Below, piece after piece: positions 1 through 9,679 of a DNA stretch of 64,000 nt (positions within the stretch are counted from its first letter, which is position 1; each line of letters begins with the position of its first letter). Location: the NCBI GenBank assembly GCA_964579415.1, contig CAZOGW010000003.1, positions 7,759 to 71,758 of the forward strand, written 5' to 3'. The notes beneath the pieces are model-generated. The model was not told where the DNA came from and ran no database searches. It was given only the letters and a program-made list of their open reading frames with translations. This stretch comes from an uncultured Acidimicrobiaceae bacterium. Its GTDB lineage: Bacteria; Actinomycetota; Acidimicrobiia; Spongiisociales; UBA5794. A program made the position numbers and the translations under genes.

Positions 1-2813
1 GGGATGGTCGGGTGCCCGCCGAGCAGGTGCTCCAGCGCGCTGGCTCCCGACCCGTTGGGGTGGGTGGCTTGGGAGACCTGGGGCAACTGTTGGGGGTCGC
101 CGAGCAGGATGACCGTGGCCGCGGAGATGGTGGCCGCGAGGGTGTCAGCCAAACCTAGTTGTCCGGCCTCATCCACGATCAGCACATCCACGGGATGCGC
201 ACGCATGTCCTTGCTGGCGAACAGCCACGGGGTCCCGCCCACGACGTTGTAGTCGCCCGTCGCGCAGGTGCCGTTGTCGTCGATGTAGTCCACGCCGCGC
301 ACGCTCCCGCCGGTGGCCTTGCGCACGGCGCGCAGATCACCACCGTCCTCGGCGAACCGGTCGACCACGGCCTGCAGCTGGTTGTCGATGGCGTAGTGAC
401 TCAGGGCGGTCACACCCACCCGCTTCCCCTGGCCGACGAGGGCGCGGATGACGTGGGCGCCGGTGAAGGTCTTGCCGGTCCCGGGCGGACCTTGCACGGG
501 GACGCAGCTGGCGTCCAGATCACCAGCCCACCCGCAGATCGCCTCGTAGCCCCCGACGAACCTGCCTCCGGCCGGGCCGGTGCCGGGCCGGAACCGGGGT
601 AGGTCCCGGCGCAGCATGGCGTGCCCGACGGAGGTGGCGGCACCGTCGAGCATGCGTTGGGCGAGGTCGGACAGCGCCTGCTGCTTGGTCTTGGTCGGGA
701 ACTTCTGGTAGTGGACCAGGTGGGTGGGGGACACGCCCGCGTCGATCGCCTCCTGGTCCCAGATGAGCTTGAGGAGGCCCGCTTCGCGGTCGATCGCGGC
801 GACGTTGAAGAAGGCCCATTTGTGTTCCTGCAGGGCGAGGATCAGCGTCGAGTCGGGCTTTATCTCGGGGTCGACCGGCTGCGGGGGGAAGGTGAACACC
901 GCCGCTTGCCACTTCAGCGGCCTGCCGGTCCTCGTGCTGAGCCGATCCTCGAACTCGCGGAAAGCCAGGCCCGCGATCGCTTGGGGCGATTCCCGCTGGT
1001 CGGCCTCCTCGGCGATCGAAAGCCGAAGGCAGTCCGCAGCCACGGCCCGGTCCTCGCGGCGCCAGTAGCCGAGCAGGTCGCCCATCAGGTGCTCGGGCGT
1101 ACCCGGGCCATAGGCGTGCAACGCCTCGATCCGGGCGTCCAGCTCGGGGTCGGGCCTGCCGGCCTCGACCAGGGCCGGCGGCCAGGCGAGCTCGGCCGGG
1201 CGGTGGGCCACGAGCCAGTCGCGCACTGCGCGGGTGGCACGCACGTCGTCCTCGTTGTACCGGGCGATCCGGTCCAGCCGGGACCCATCCAGATCGGCGG
1301 TCCAGGCCTCGTACTCCACGACCGCGCCGGCTCCCCGGTCGATGTCGTGGCTGCGCACGTACTCGGTGAGCCGCTCGACCTGCTTGAGGCCATAGGACTC
1401 CACACCGATTTGGACCGAGCTCACGATGATCGGGTACAGGTCCACAAACGTGCCGCTGGTGACCAGCTGCTCCAGCTCCAGCTCGGCCACCCCGTACTCG
1501 CGGGTCAGGCGCTCCAGGGACGACCGCTCGGTATGGTTGTAGTGGTAGACGTGCATGTCCGGGAAGCGCTGCTTCCGCTCGGTGAGATGGTCGACGAGAC
1601 CCCGCACCGCTTGCGCCTCCTGGGCCTGGTCGTGCGCCCAGAACGTCCGATACCCCCAGCCGTCGCGTCCGTGCTCGATCAGGCCGAACAGGAAGAACAG
1701 GCCCACCTCCGGCTTCCAGAACGGGTGGCCCTCAAAGTCCAGGAACACGTCCCCGGCGTGGGGCCTGGGCAGGGCCGCCAGACCGGCCAGCTCCACCGGG
1801 TCGGTCGCGTCCTCGGCCTGATCGGCGGACGGGTCGGCGGCATGCAGGATCGGGTCCAGCAGCTGGAACGGGGGCCGCTCGTCGGGGGCGTTGCGTGCCC
1901 GGACCTGCAGCGCCGCCTGGGTCACCGACCGGGTCAGCCGGTCGGCGTCCAGGTCGGGCAGCACCCCCTCGAACCCGGCCAGCTGCGCGATCGTGGACAC
2001 CCCCCCTGCCTCCAGCACCACCCGGTCGGCGCGGCGCAAGCCGGCGACATGGACCAGCGAGTCCTCGGCCCGCCACCGGTCCTGGCAGACCTGTTCGAAC
2101 TCGCAGAACGCGCAATGGCCACAGGGTTCCGGCCTGGTGGGCTGCTGGGGCGGGGCCGCCACCACTGAGGCCAGCTGGGCGCGCAGCCGGCGCCAGTACG
2201 CCAGCACCTCGTCCACCCGGATCGACTCCCGCCCCCCCGCGCCCAGCTCCAAGTGCATCAGCTTGGGCAGCGTCCCCGTTCTCGCGGCGAGCGCGTCGGC
2301 GTAGAAGCACAGCTGCAATACGTGACCAGGTTTGGCCTCGCGGCGGGCCAGCTTGGCGTCCACCGGTTGGTAGCCGAACGATCCATCGCCGTGATCCACA
2401 CGTTCGAGGAAGTCGGCGACCCCGCGGATCCCGTCATGCACCAACGGCATCTGGTACAGCACGTCGTGGCCCTCGTCCAGGATCGGCGCGACTCGATCGG
2501 TCCACCGCTGGAACGACTCGCCCCTCGCCTTCCCCGGCACCTCAAGCACCGTCCGCCCTTGGGCGCGGTACTTCACCAGGACCGCCTGCTCGTGCTGAAG
2601 TCCCTTGGCCTTCAGCATCTCGGACATCGCGCCAGCCCGGAAGCTGGCCGGTGCCCTGATGCCCTGGTCCACTTCGTGCTGCAGGCTCAGGAAGTGCGCA
2701 CAATCCAGCCACGCCGTGATCTTGGTCGGAGTCAGCAGCACAACGGTCACACTCGAATAGTCGCCCTCCGACGGTGGCCAAGGCCGAGTGAGGCCGTGAT
2801 CGCGCCGCGCCAT
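1..2813 (-). CDS. RecB-family (PD-(D/E)xK) nuclease fused to SF1B (DNA2/Upf1-type) helicase; 3' end lies beyond the window start; diverged paralog of the gene at 48826..52356
   Basis: The minus-strand frame is absent from the ORF track because it runs off the window edge. From ATG at 2813 it reads MARRDHGLTRPWPPSEGDYSSVTVVLLTPTKITAWLDCAHFLSLQHEV... The Walker A motif GPPGTGKTFT is encoded by the reverse complement of 462-491. Near 1-160, IVDEAGQLGLADTL...LLGDPQQLPQVSQATHP is about 60% identical to LVVDEAGQFALAPTL...LLGDPQQLPQVSQGTHP in the 1176-aa protein at 48826. The 515-aa plus-strand ORF 621..2168 is its antisense shadow. Confidence 0.8.
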   Translation of the reverse strand, partial: MARRDHGLTRPWPPSEGDYSSVTVVLLTPTKITAWLDCAHFLSLQHEVDQGIRAPASFRAGAMSEMLKAKGLQHEQAVLVKYRAQGRTVLEVPGKARGESFQRWTDRVAPILDEGHDVLYQMPLVHDGIRGVADFLERVDHGDGSFGYQPVDAKLARREAKPGHVLQLCFYADALAARTGTLPKLMHLELGAGGRESIRVDEVLAYWRRLRAQLASVVAAPPQQPTRPEPCGHCAFCEFEQVCQDRWRAEDSLVHVAGLRRADRVVLEAGGVSTIAQLAGFEGVLPDLDADRLTRSVTQAALQVRARNAPDERPPFQLLDPILHAADPSADQAEDATDPVELAGLAALPRPHAGDVFLDFEGHPFWKPEVGLFFLFGLIEHGRDGWGYRTFWAHDQAQEAQAVRGLVDHLTERKQRFPDMHVYHYNHTERSSLERLTREYGVAELELEQLVTSGTFVDLYPIIVSSVQIGVESYGLKQVERLTEYVRSHDIDRGAGAVVEYEAWTADLDGSRLDRIARYNEDDVRATRAVRDWLVAHRPAELAWPPALVEAGRPDPELDARIEALHAYGPGTPEHLMGDLLGYWRREDRAVAADCLRLSIAEEADQRESPQAIAGLAFREFEDRLSTRTGRPLKWQAAVFTFPPQPVDPEIKPDSTLILALQEHKWAFFNVAAIDREAGLLKLIWDQEAIDAGVSPTHLVHYQKFPTKTKQQALSDLAQRMLDGAATSVGHAMLRRDLPRFRPGTGPAGGRFVGGYEAICGWAGDLDASCVPVQGPPGTGKTFTGAHVIRALVGQGKRVGVTALSHYAIDNQLQAVVDRFAEDGGDLRAVRKATGGSVRGVDYIDDNGTCATGDYNVVGGTPWLFASKDMRAHPVDVLIVDEAGQLGLADTLAATISAATVILLGDPQQLPQVSQATHPNGSGASALEHLLGGHPTI

Positions 2814-2854
2814 TTGGCGCACTGGCAACTCAGCCCTGGAGCTAGGGCGTGTCT

Positions 2855-3391
2855 CTAAAGGTGCTTGAGCCAGATGGTGATGGCTCGTAGGACGGCGGCG
2901 CCGCGGTAGACGATGGCGAGCTTGTCGTAGCGGGTGGCCAGGCCGCGCCATTGCTTGATGGTGTTGAAGGAGCGCTCGACGACGTTGCGTGCGCGGTAGG
3001 TCTGGGCGTCGAACGCCGGTGGTCGCCCGCCCCGAGATCCTCGCCGTTGGCGGTTGCGGATCTGGTCGGAGGGTTCGGGGATCACCGTCTTGATCCCGCG
3101 GGCGCGCAGCCGCTCGCGGTGGGCACGCGAGGAATAGGCCTTGTCACCGAGGACCGCGTCCGGTCTCGTGCGAGGCCGACCAGGACCGCGCCGCTGGACG
3201 CGAAGGTGCTCCAGCAGCAGGGGGAACACCGGAGAGTCGTTGGCCTGGCCGGGACCGACCAACACGACAAGCGGTCGTCCGCGGCCGTCGACGAGCTGGT
3301 GGATCTTGGATGACAACCCTCCGCGAGAGCGGCCGATCCCGTGGTGGAACGGCTCGACGTAAAGCCCCGGAACAGCACGTTGACCTGCCAA
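2855..3391 (-). CDS. IS5-family transposase OrfB (DDE catalytic part); the frame stays open upstream past 3442 and overlaps orfA, so a programmed frameshift fusion is likely
   Basis: ...DKAYSSRAHRERLRARGIKTVIPEPSDQIRNRQRRGSRGGRPPAFDAQTYRARNVVERSFNTIKQWRGLATRYDKL is the DDE_Tnp_1 C-terminal signature. The track start at 3391 is a TTG codon. In-frame codons upstream read ATQGAESNYKDPLDSGV without a stop. orfB lies in the +1 frame relative to orfA. Confidence 0.75.
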   Translation of the reverse strand: MAGQRAVPGLYVEPFHHGIGRSRGGLSSKIHQLVDGRGRPLVVLVGPGQANDSPVFPLLLEHLRVQRRGPGRPRTRPDAVLGDKAYSSRAHRERLRARGIKTVIPEPSDQIRNRQRRGSRGGRPPAFDAQTYRARNVVERSFNTIKQWRGLATRYDKLAIVYRGAAVLRAITIWLKHL

Positions 3392-3425
3392 GACCCCCGA
3401 ATCGAGCGGATCCTTGTAGTTCGAC

Positions 3426-3860
3426 TCAGCCCCCTGTGTGGCCCGCGAGCACGGCGACGACCGAGGCTGCCGGGGCCTCCAGGGACACCAAGCCGCCGAC
3501 GGTGTCGGCCTTCTCGCGGGGAAGGTTCGTGGCGTGCTGGTGCGCCCGGTTGATGGTGGAGTCCACGCTCACCGTCCAATCGACCTCGCCGGCGTGGTCG
3601 GCCTGCGCCAGGAGGGCTTGGTGGATCCGGTCCCAGGTGCCGTCCGCACTGAACCGCCGGTGCCGCTTCCACACCGTCTGCCACGGACCGAACGAAGCTG
3701 GCAGATCCCGCCACGCCAGCCCGCACCGATAGCGGTAGATCACGCCCTCGACGACCTGCCGGTGGTCACGCATCGGCCGACCCCTGCCCGAGCGCTGCGG
3801 CGGCAGCAACGGCTCGATCAGTTCCCACTGGTCATCACTGAGAAGCGCATCACGATCCAC
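3426..3860 (-). CDS. IS5-family transposase OrfA (N-terminal DUF4096-like part)
   Basis: MDRDALLSDDQWELIEPLLPPQRSGRGRPMRDHRQVVEGVIYRYRCGLAWRDLP... is typical of the IS5/IS427-group OrfA. It ends HTGG* at 3426-3428. Confidence 0.8.
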   Translation of the reverse strand: MDRDALLSDDQWELIEPLLPPQRSGRGRPMRDHRQVVEGVIYRYRCGLAWRDLPASFGPWQTVWKRHRRFSADGTWDRIHQALLAQADHAGEVDWTVSVDSTINRAHQHATNLPREKADTVGGLVSLEAPAASVVAVLAGHTGG

Positions 3861-4278
3861 GACCGCCAGCCTGCCCGTTCGGCACCGTCACGCTTTGGAG
3901 ACACGCCCTAGACCACCTCCACTTCGACGCGGGCTGCCTGACCTAGATGCCGCGCCGGTGAGCTGGGGCCATCCCCTCGGTCCGCTGAACCCAGGCTTCC
4001 TTCGAAGGCGCACCGCCATCCGTCTCCCGGCAGCGCCGGGCCTCGCCGCACACAGCAGTCCGCTGCGCACCGCTTCCAGGTGGCCGCGGCCGCCACGTCA
4101 GTCCAAGCGCGCACCCGCGAGTTCGCTTCGTCCACGAACCGATGCTGCCCGCACACCCGGGGCTACTAGTCCGTGGATTCGTGTCCCGGACCTCTTCGAG
4201 CAAGAGGCCGGAAGCCACCTTCTGCAGCAGGCGGGCTTGTGGTCCCCCATGGAGACCGCGTGTGCGAGCGGACGATCG

Positions 4279-7200
4279 TCAGGACTCGAAGGTGTAGCGC
4301 AGGGCCTTGGCGGTGCGGATCCCTCCCAGGCTGACGGAGCCCTGCGGGAGCACATTCAGATGGTTGAGCGGATCGGTGATGATCCGGACCTCCGGACCCT
4401 TGTCGCCCCGCTCGACGTTGCCGACCACGACGAGGAAAAACTGCTCGGTCACACGGGCACGACGGAACTCCGAGTTGGTAAGCGAAATCATCTCCGGGAT
4501 CGGGCCGGCATAGACCTTCAGCTCGAAGAAGTTCTCCAGGTCGTCGATCGCGTCGGCGCCGACATGGCGTTGGTGTCGGATGTCGATGATCTGTTGCTCG
4601 TCGCCGCCGAGTATGCGCCGCACAAGCGCCAGTCCGACCGACTCGCGCTCTGAGTCGGTGTAGTTCTTGGTGGGGCGTCCCCCCTCCGACGGTTTCTTGG
4701 GCTTCGACGGATCAGGATCCCGGGGCCCGCTTACCGGGGATGTCGACTTCATGAAGGTAAAGCTAGCCCGTCCCGTCCCCCCACCGACAATCTCGCCATC
4801 CTCATTCCTCAGGGTCAGGTTGTCCGGGTCGACGAGCATCCTGGTCGGCTTCGCTGGGCTCGCCTCGGAGGCCGCGGGCGCCTTCACGCGCTTGGTCTGG
4901 GAAGTGTCCTCGGGGGTCGAGCGCCGGTCCTTCCCCTGTTCGGCCAACTTCCGCAGGAGTTCCTCACTGCGCTCGTCGCGCTTCTTCTTCCACTCGGCGT
5001 CGAGCCGCGCCGCCGTCGTGATCTCTTCCTCGCGGTGCCCGTCGAGGGCGATCGTCCAAGCTGCTATCCAGTCATGAGCGACCCGGCGAGCGTCGCTGTC
5101 GAAGACCGAGGCGATGGCGTAGGCGCCTGCGCTTGGCGACCAGATCGCGGCTTCGTCAGCGACAAAGAACGCCCCAGCGGCCAGGTCCAGCCAGGCGTTC
5201 ACCGGGACTGTCTCGTCGAGGCCGCCATTCGGCTCGAGCAGCCTGACCCGCAGTTCCGGCGACTGCCGGACGCTCAATGCTGCCAGCTCGTCCCATGAGA
5301 CGCGCAGACTCTGCTCGGCCTTCGGGTCGCTCCGCGCGAGGTCCGCCCGGAGGTTAGCGATAGCCCCGGAGAAGACTTGCGTCAGGTTCGGGTCGTAAGC
5401 GGCGCTGTCGGCATCAATCACGTCCCCGTGCGAAGCGTCGAGGAGAGTCAGCCTGAAGGCGCCGATCAGGGAATCGAGCTGCGCCAGTGACCCCCCTGGG
5501 CTCCAGATCGGCACGCGATCCTTGAGGGCCTCGACGATCAGTTCGTTATGCGTCGCGTAGACCGGCCGCTTGCGTTCCCACCGATCACCGACCCAGACCG
5601 CCGCCTTTCTAGGCCTTCCCACTTCGCTCTCGGGTGCTCCGGCCAGCACCCGGAGCGCTTCGAGCATCACGAGCTTCTCGGCGGGGGTGAGCGATTTCTT
5701 GCGCGCGAGTTGGCCGAGCACTCGCTGCGCGTCATGGGCGCTGGGTAGGTGGATGCCGAGCAGCGTCCAGAGCGAGTCGGTACCTGACACGGAGGGCACG
5801 AAGTCGCGCATGCGCCCGAAGATCGGCGGACCGGCGAGCACCACGCTCGGGCGGCGCCAGCCACTTCGGGTCGCGATCAGGCCCTCGCCTCGACCGAAGG
5901 CGTCCCGGGCTGGACCCGCCGGCTGGCCGCCGAGGCGGTTGCCGCGGACCTGCGCGGCCAGCGCCTGGTAGAGCGGTGCCGCGAGGTCTTCAGCCGCCTC
6001 TGGCGTCAAGTTCGTATTGGCGCGCACTGCTTCGAGCTTCAGGATCAGCTCGGAAGCTGTCGGATCGCCCGCCACCCCGATGCTGGCCAGCACTTCGCGG
6101 TATGCCTCGATCTCGAGGGCGGGGCTCAGGTAGCGGCGAGGGTTGTCGCCGTAGAGGGCAACGGTCGCCGGACTCTTGATCCGCAATTGCCCCGGGGCCG
6201 TCGCGGTGCCGTTCTCTGAGGGCAGCCATGCGATCGAAGCGGTGCTGCTGACCCACCAGGCCTCGACGATGCCCTTGTTTTCCCAACTGTAGTAGGGCCT
6301 GGCTGCGCTGACTGTCGCGTGGTCGCCCAGACGATCCCAGGCCCGTGCGAGGGTCCCCAGCACTGCACCCGCTCGCCGGACCTGCTGGGCAGCGTCCTTC
6401 TCCTTCGCGATGCTGCTGAGGACGGCTTCAAGGTCGGGCGACGTCCAGTCACGTAGCGTGAAGGTCGCCTTGGCCTGCCGCAGTGCTTCACGCCGGCGCA
6501 GGGGTGAGCCTGGTGCCGAATCAGGTACGCCAGGACTGTAGTTCGACAGCCGGAATTGGTTGGCCGGGTGACTCTTGATGCGGGGGGCTACCTCGGCACC
6601 GAGCAGCCGGAACAGACGTTGGGCCCCAATGCCGCCGCCGTCCCTCCGGAACTTCTCCGAGTAGCGCCTGTCGATCCAGGTCAGCCCATGGGTCTTCCCT
6701 GCTGCCACGAACCAGGTGTTGACCTCTCGTTCGATGAAGTACGCATCGCACGGACGTGCTTGGACTCGCTTGCGCTCCCCGGAACGATCGTAGGTGACCG
6801 CGTCGACCTGGACCGCTTGGCCAAGGCCGAGGCCAAGTCCTGGGCGCTCGGTGTCCGGGATTGCTTCGAGTGCTCGGCGAAGCCCGTCGACCTGGGCGTC
6901 GGTCAGAGGGGTTTTCAGCATGGTTCCCGCCGTCCCAGCGCCGGCCAGCACGAGCAACGCGTCTGCGCTGGTCGCTGATGCCCGAAGCCATCTCTTCTGC
7001 TGAAGCCAGTCACGGATCACGGTCCACCCCGCCTGATCAATGAACGTCGGGTGGAGCCGCGCACCGACCCGCAGCAGCTCCCACAGGGGGTCGGGGTCAG
7101 GATCTGCCGGGAGCAGGACGGCTAGGCCGGGACGGCTGGACGGTGTGACGCGGGAGCCGTCCTCGAGCACGAGGCAAGCTCGTGACTCGAGCGCGGCGCT

Positions 7201-8787
7201 CATGCCCGCATTGACCGCGATGGCCAACAGTTGGGCAACGAACTGCGGCGTCCGCTGTTCGTCACCCAACAGGGTGCTCGCGGCCTGCACGCTCACCATC
7301 GTTGGCGTCATGGCACCGATGTCCCACAGGTCGTCCAGCACGTCGCGCCACCGATCACCCTCAGAGCGCGCCTCGGCGGCCAGAAAGCCGCGTGTTCCTG
7401 CGATCAGGATCACGTCATCCGCGGAGAGAAGCGAGGTGAGCTCGTCTGCCTCGTAGGCGAGATCACTCAAGCGGTAGGTGGTTCCTTCAGATTCAAACGT
7501 CAGGGCTTCGGCGAACTCAATACGTGCTCTCTGGAGCAGATGCTCTGCGAAGCCGGCGCGGAGTCTGCCGGTCGTGCGGTCGTCGGCATCGAACTCGGCG
7601 GTCGTCGGAACGGTTGCCCAGCTGTGGGCTGGCGCCTGTAGGAAGGCGTCAAGCGCCGCGTCTCGCCAGAGGTCGCTGAGCAACGGAACGAGCGCCAGGT
7701 TCCAGTCAGTGTCGGCGATATCGCGCCTGGACGGCTGAGGATCGAACTGTGCCAGCATCCGGAACGGCAGAGAGGTTCTGCGAACAGGCAAGCCGACATG
7801 GATATGCCCAGTGTCACCTTCGAAAAGTGCGAACGCGATGGCCACCGGCGTGCGAGAGCCCAGCGCCTTCCCCGCCCGCTCGACGCCTTCAGGAGTACGA
7901 GCGCTACGGGTGTAGATCAGCCACTCCCGGCCGTCAGCAGCCGACACTCGGCGCCGAGCCGTGCGGTCACCCGCCAGCGGGAGCAACTCCTCAGGGCCGA
8001 GCTCCAGGTGCAGCCTGGCGATCTCGTTTCCAGCTTCGTCATCGAGCCGTACCGACCTCAAGTGTCGGAGAAAGACCAGACCGGCGTCATCCCAGTACTT
8101 GAGCCACTTCTCGACGTCATTCGTGCTGATGGCCGCTCGCGTGAAGGGGATAGCGAACGTGGTCCATGAGCTGTCGACTCGGGGCCAGCCGATGTGCCCG
8201 TCCAGCGGCTGGATGGTGTTGGAGCTGAAGCGAACATGAAAGTGGCCCTGGTGGACGTCGAGAACGTCCGACAGCGAATGGAGCGTCTTCAACCCGATTC
8301 CGAAGCGGCCGAGCTTCGCCTCGTCGGCCACTTTGAGGCTGAGCCAGGGGATCGCCAGTGCCCACACGTCATGCAAGGTGAGTGCCGCACCATTGTGCGA
8401 GAACAACAGTTGTGAGCTGGAGGCGTCGATGGCAACAACGGCGTCGGATGCACCCAGATCGTCAGCGTTCTGGATCAGCTCGGCCAGCCCTTGAAGACGG
8501 TCGTCGCTGAGGTAGGCGGCGCTGTCACCAGCCCGCTGGAGGGCGGACCGGATGGACTTCGGCAGACTGTGCAACCGCTCGACCAACGCAAGGACACCGG
8601 CGTCGGCCGCAGCCTCGTCTGCCGGTGTGAGGGAGACGGTGCGCGGGGTCTCAGGGTCATGATCTGCGACCAGATGGGCCACCTCGGACGCCTCACGCGC
8701 CTCGAATACGCGCGGCGTCAACCCATTCGCCATGCCGCCTCCCGCCCGGCTCACGGACGCTGCCTGATCGATCATCTCGCAGTCCAC
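4279..8787 (-). CDS. Giant GHKL/HATPase_c (sacsin-like) ATPase with C-terminal DUF3883 (NO VEIN C-terminal-like) domain
   Basis: 1502-aa ORF. The Bergerat-fold N-box LAELIQNADDLGA lies near the N-terminus. The C-terminal region ...ILGGDEQQIIDIRHQRHVGADAIDDLENFFELKVYAGPIPEMISLTNSEFRRARVTEQFFLVVVGNV resembles DUF3883. Confidence 0.7.
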   Translation of the reverse strand: MDCEMIDQAASVSRAGGGMANGLTPRVFEAREASEVAHLVADHDPETPRTVSLTPADEAAADAGVLALVERLHSLPKSIRSALQRAGDSAAYLSDDRLQGLAELIQNADDLGASDAVVAIDASSSQLLFSHNGAALTLHDVWALAIPWLSLKVADEAKLGRFGIGLKTLHSLSDVLDVHQGHFHVRFSSNTIQPLDGHIGWPRVDSSWTTFAIPFTRAAISTNDVEKWLKYWDDAGLVFLRHLRSVRLDDEAGNEIARLHLELGPEELLPLAGDRTARRRVSAADGREWLIYTRSARTPEGVERAGKALGSRTPVAIAFALFEGDTGHIHVGLPVRRTSLPFRMLAQFDPQPSRRDIADTDWNLALVPLLSDLWRDAALDAFLQAPAHSWATVPTTAEFDADDRTTGRLRAGFAEHLLQRARIEFAEALTFESEGTTYRLSDLAYEADELTSLLSADDVILIAGTRGFLAAEARSEGDRWRDVLDDLWDIGAMTPTMVSVQAASTLLGDEQRTPQFVAQLLAIAVNAGMSAALESRACLVLEDGSRVTPSSRPGLAVLLPADPDPDPLWELLRVGARLHPTFIDQAGWTVIRDWLQQKRWLRASATSADALLVLAGAGTAGTMLKTPLTDAQVDGLRRALEAIPDTERPGLGLGLGQAVQVDAVTYDRSGERKRVQARPCDAYFIEREVNTWFVAAGKTHGLTWIDRRYSEKFRRDGGGIGAQRLFRLLGAEVAPRIKSHPANQFRLSNYSPGVPDSAPGSPLRRREALRQAKATFTLRDWTSPDLEAVLSSIAKEKDAAQQVRRAGAVLGTLARAWDRLGDHATVSAARPYYSWENKGIVEAWWVSSTASIAWLPSENGTATAPGQLRIKSPATVALYGDNPRRYLSPALEIEAYREVLASIGVAGDPTASELILKLEAVRANTNLTPEAAEDLAAPLYQALAAQVRGNRLGGQPAGPARDAFGRGEGLIATRSGWRRPSVVLAGPPIFGRMRDFVPSVSGTDSLWTLLGIHLPSAHDAQRVLGQLARKKSLTPAEKLVMLEALRVLAGAPESEVGRPRKAAVWVGDRWERKRPVYATHNELIVEALKDRVPIWSPGGSLAQLDSLIGAFRLTLLDASHGDVIDADSAAYDPNLTQVFSGAIANLRADLARSDPKAEQSLRVSWDELAALSVRQSPELRVRLLEPNGGLDETVPVNAWLDLAAGAFFVADEAAIWSPSAGAYAIASVFDSDARRVAHDWIAAWTIALDGHREEEITTAARLDAEWKKKRDERSEELLRKLAEQGKDRRSTPEDTSQTKRVKAPAASEASPAKPTRMLVDPDNLTLRNEDGEIVGGGTGRASFTFMKSTSPVSGPRDPDPSKPKKPSEGGRPTKNYTDSERESVGLALVRRILGGDEQQIIDIRHQRHVGADAIDDLENFFELKVYAGPIPEMISLTNSEFRRARVTEQFFLVVVGNVERGDKGPEVRIITDPLNHLNVLPQGSVSLGGIRTAKALRYTFES

Positions 8788-9010
8788 CGATGGAAGTTCA
8801 GCTCACAGCGGCGTTGCCGTACTTGACCGTCCCCGCCGCGCGACCCGAGTCCGATGTACGAGGACTGGCGTCCAGGGGCGCAGGCGCGGTCGAAGGCATT
8901 GAGCGGCGACTTGCGCGCCACTGAAGTATGCGTGCGCGAAGTGTGTGGAATACTGAAGTTCGTCCCGGCTGATTCACCCCTCCGGACATACAGCTTGAGG
9001 AGGTTCATGC

Positions 9011-9679
9011 ATGCTCCCGGACACACCCGTCGAGGCACTCGGCGCTCAAGCGCACGGTGTTCGCGGTCTGGTCGTCGACGTCGTCCGTTCCCGGCACGAC
9101 AAGGCGGCAGAAGCCCACCAGGTCTCGGGGTCGCGGTACGGGCTGGGCTTCGGCAGTCAGTGGCGTGACCTTCTGGACGATACGCACGATGCGCTGATCG
9201 AGCGCGGGTTTCGGTCGCACAGGCTGGTTCCCGGCGGTCACAAGGTCGGGGTTGTCAACGACTGTCTGGTCTACGTGTGGCGCGTCCCGGACAACGCGAA
9301 CGCGGTACGGGACTTCGCCTCCAGCCCGACGCGCCAGAACGGCTTCGTCGCGCCGCCGCCGCCAGCGATGCTGTGGGAGGGCCTCCTGCCTGAGGAGGCT
9401 GCGTCTGCGGAGGTTGCGAGCATGATGGAGGCGGTCCGCGACACGATGCCTCTGGTCCTCGTCATGGTCTGGTCGACGCCGCGGCAGCTCCTGTCTATAG
9501 AGTGGGCCGTCGCCATCCTGGACGACTCAGGCAAGGTCGAGCTGCGAGGGCAAGAGTCGCTCTGGGAGCCGGAGCTCGTCGCCGACGACGTGTTCTCGGG
9601 CGTCGAGTCCTTCGACAGCGGCACGCCAGAAGGCCCAACGATCGAGCCGCGCGAGCGGGACAGGCCTTCGGATGCGTGA
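9011..9679 (+). CDS. Hypothetical protein (222 aa); first gene of a three-gene plus-strand module
   Basis: The Shine-Dalgarno-like sequence GAGGAGG lies 10 nt upstream of the ATG. Its end overlaps the start of the next gene by 8 nt. GC-rich third codon positions. No motif recognised. Confidence 0.5.
   Translation: MLPDTPVEALGAQAHGVRGLVVDVVRSRHDKAAEAHQVSGSRYGLGFGSQWRDLLDDTHDALIERGFRSHRLVPGGHKVGVVNDCLVYVWRVPDNANAVRDFASSPTRQNGFVAPPPPAMLWEGLLPEEAASAEVASMMEAVRDTMPLVLVMVWSTPRQLLSIEWAVAILDDSGKVELRGQESLWEPELVADDVFSGVESFDSGTPEGPTIEPRERDRPSDA

Larger units (their letters stand above)
2842..3910 (-). mobile_element. IS5-family insertion sequence (IS427/IS1031-like), about 1069 bp, two-ORF transposase
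   Basis: Terminal inverted repeats CTAGGGCGTGTCTCTAAAG (2842-2860) and CTTTGGAGACACGCCCTAG (3892-3910) match at 18 of 19 positions. They enclose the orfA/orfB transposase ORFs. The element sits 28 bp upstream of the start codon at 2813 of the nuclease-helicase gene. Confidence 0.8.

Noticed and set aside
621-2168. 515-aa plus-strand ORF, with nested plus- and minus-strand ORFs in 1-2800
   Set aside because: Antisense shadow of the minus-strand nuclease-helicase gene. The Walker A motif and the conserved LLGDPQQLPQVSQ helicase block are only readable on the reverse strand, and the plus-strand translation is low-complexity and rich in G, R, L and V.
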